A stretch of 64,000 bases of DNA, taken from positions 42,720,001 to 42,784,000 of the forward strand of contig CM059432.1 of the NCBI GenBank assembly GCA_030390025.1. Direction: 5' to 3'. The notes under the pieces are model-generated. The model saw nothing but the letters and a program-made list of their open reading frames with translations. It was not told where the DNA came from and did no database searches. Every line of letters begins with the position of its first letter. The first letter of the stretch is position 1. Shown here piece by piece: positions 61,780-64,000 of the stretch. The position numbers and the translations under genes are program-made. The stretch comes from Squalus acanthias (taxonomy: Eukaryota).

Positions 61780-63703
61780 ATTATCATTAGGTTTAGAGTA
61801 GTTATGGAAAAGGACAAGGAATAATCGAACATGAAAATACTCAACTGGGAGAGGTCTAATTTCATGAGTTGAAAGGGGATCTGGCCCAGGTGAATTGGAA
61901 TCAAAGATTGGCAGTTAAAACAGTAAATGAGCAATGGGAGGCCTTCAAAGAGGAGATAGTTTGGATACAGACTAGATACATTCCCATAAGGGGGAAAGGA
62001 AGGGCATCCAAAGCTAGACCTCCCTGGATGACTAATGTTAGAGATTAAAATGAAACAGTAAAAGGAAGCTTATGATAAATATCAGGCTCATAAATCGGTA
62101 GAGAACCAAGTTGAATGCAGTAAGTACAGAGGAGAACTGGAAAAGGAAATAAGAGGGGCAAAGAGAGTGTATGAGAATAGATTAGCAGGTAACATAAAAG
62201 GAAGCCCGAAAGTCTTTTATAAACATATAAATAGTAAAAGGGTAATCAAAGGAAGGGTGGGACCAATTAAAGACCAAAAAGATCATCTTGTGGAGATAGA
62301 GGGCATGGCTGAGGTACTAAATGAGTACTTTACATCTGTCTTCACTAAAGAAGAAGATTCTGCCAATATCACAGTAAAGGAAGAGGTAGTAGGGAAATTG
62401 GATACAATTAAAATATATATAAAGAGGAGGTACTTAAAAGGTCCCAGTCTGGATGGGACGCATCCTAAGTTGCTGAAGGAAGTAAGTGGGGAGATAGCAG
62501 AGGCTCTGGCCACAATCTTCCAATCCTCCTTAGATATGGGGGTGGTGTCAGAAGATATTCAAAAAAGGGAGAGGAATAAACCCGGCAACTACAAGCCAGT
62601 CGGTGGTGGGGAAACTTTTAGAGACAATAATCCGAGACAAAATTAATTGGCACTTGGAAAAATATGGGTTAATAAATGATAGCCAGCACGGATTTGTCAA
62701 AGGAAAATCGTGTATGACTAACTTGATTGAACTCTTTGATGAAATAATGGAGCGGGTTGATGTTGTGTATATGGACTTTCAAAAGGCGTTTGATAAAGTA
62801 CCACATAATAAACTTGTTAGCAAAATTGAAGCCCATGGGATTAAAGGGTCAGTGGCAGTGTGGATACAAAATTGGCTAAGGGACACAAAGCAGAGAGTAG
62901 TGGTAAACGGTTGTTTTTCAGACTAGGGAAGTATACAGTGGTGTCCCCTAAGGGTCGGTATTAGGACCACTGCTCTTTTTGATATATATTAAGGACCTGG
63001 ACTTGGGTATACAGGGCATAATTTCAAAGTTTGCAGATGACACAAAACTCGGAAATGTAGTAAACAGTGAGGGGGATAGTAACATACTTCAGGAGGATGT
63101 AGACAGACTAGTGAAATGGGCAAACACATGGCAGAGGAAGTTTAAAGCAGAGATGTGTGAAGTGTACGTACACAAATCTTTGAAGGTGGCAGGACAAATT
63201 GAGAAGGTTGTTAAAAAAGCATACAGGATCCTTGAAGTTATAAACAGAGGCTTTGGGGGTGATTTTGCCAGTGGGGATGCATTGGAGGCGGGACTGCTGC
63301 TTGTCGGGTCGATGTCCCGCCTCTATCGACTTCTGGCCAACCCACGCTATTTTCCCTTGATTGACCTTGTTAAGCCCGCCCAGTGGGCTTACAGGCCAAT
63401 TAAGGGGAAGCCGGTTACAGAGAATGTCAGCGTATGATGTTTCATCTGTTAACAGGCAGTTAAGTGGCTGTGATCCCCTTCCCGCCTTCAGGAGATGGGA
63501 CCTGGCACGAGTCGGCTACCCGCCTCCTGGGAAGATGGCACAGAGGTGGGTTGGGGGCAGGATAGGTACCCGCCCCCAGATTCTGCCATTTTCCCAGCAG
63601 TCCCGCCTCCCCAGGGCTGGCAAAATCCAGCCCATAGAGTAGAAAAGCAAGGACATTATCATAAACCTTTATAAATCACTGGTTAGGCCCCAGCTGGAGT
63701 ATT
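61780..63703 (+). mobile_element. Degraded CR1 ORF2 fragment carrying two MITE insertions
   Basis: ORFs 62167..62646, 62603..62926 (QHGF, DFQKAFD) and the start of 62979..63437 (FADDTK). Confidence 0.9.
63255..63633. mobile_element. MITE family B, internally deleted copy (379 bp)
   Basis: GGGGGTGATTTTGCCAG / CTGGCAAAATCCAGCCC. The CR1 resumes at atagagtagaaaagc. Confidence 0.88.
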
Positions 63704-64000
63704 GGGCCGGATTTTCTCAATGGAAATGAGTTGGAGGTGGGACTGCTGCTTGTCAGGTCGATGTCCCATCTCCATCATCTTCTGGCCAACCAGTGGGATT
63801 TTCCCCTGATTGACCTTGTTAAGCCCGCCCGGCGGGCTCAGCAGGCCAATTAGGGGGGAAGTCAGTGACCGAGCACGTCAACGTCTGACGTGCTGTCTGT
63901 CAAGACTTCTTGAAAGAAGAAATGTCAGCATTTGACAGCTCTGTGAAGCTGTCAAACACTGACATTCTGTGTAGTTTGATGAGTCCTTGTGTTCAGGACT
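63704..64000. mobile_element. MITE family B left arm, running off the window
   Basis: Starts GGGCCGGATTTT and is colinear with 27653-27910, including tttgacagctctgtgaagctgtcaaac. Confidence 0.85.

Overview
Repeat-dense vertebrate genomic DNA, most likely from a cartilaginous fish (inferred from the CR1, Deu-domain SINE and Penelope repeat content). The only host coding sequence I can support is the terminal exon of TRIQK (17437-17550, +), which the ORF track misses. The rest of the window is TRIQK's last intron, its 3' UTR and downstream intergenic DNA. It is filled with CR1 LINE fragments (one near-intact ORF2 at 13470-16343, one near-full-length copy with an esterase ORF1 at 53678-57102), a second LINE lineage with its partner SINE, an L2 relic, Deu-domain SINEs, a solo LTR, a pogo relic and a 28-bp minisatellite. 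The main finding is an apparently intact autonomous PIF/Harbinger transposon (47869-52014). It has TIRs, a TAT target duplication, an open 386-aa DDE transposase and a convergent 3-exon Myb/SANT gene that splices into a 459-aa ORF. At least ten Harbinger-type MITEs from several families accompany it, one family carrying a dense internal palindrome/hairpin cassette. Other findings include multi-level nesting, a multi-template-switch repair scar, a degenerate hammerhead ribozyme and a minisatellite whose origin can be read from its flanks. All calls were made by eye; boundaries of degraded repeats are approximate.
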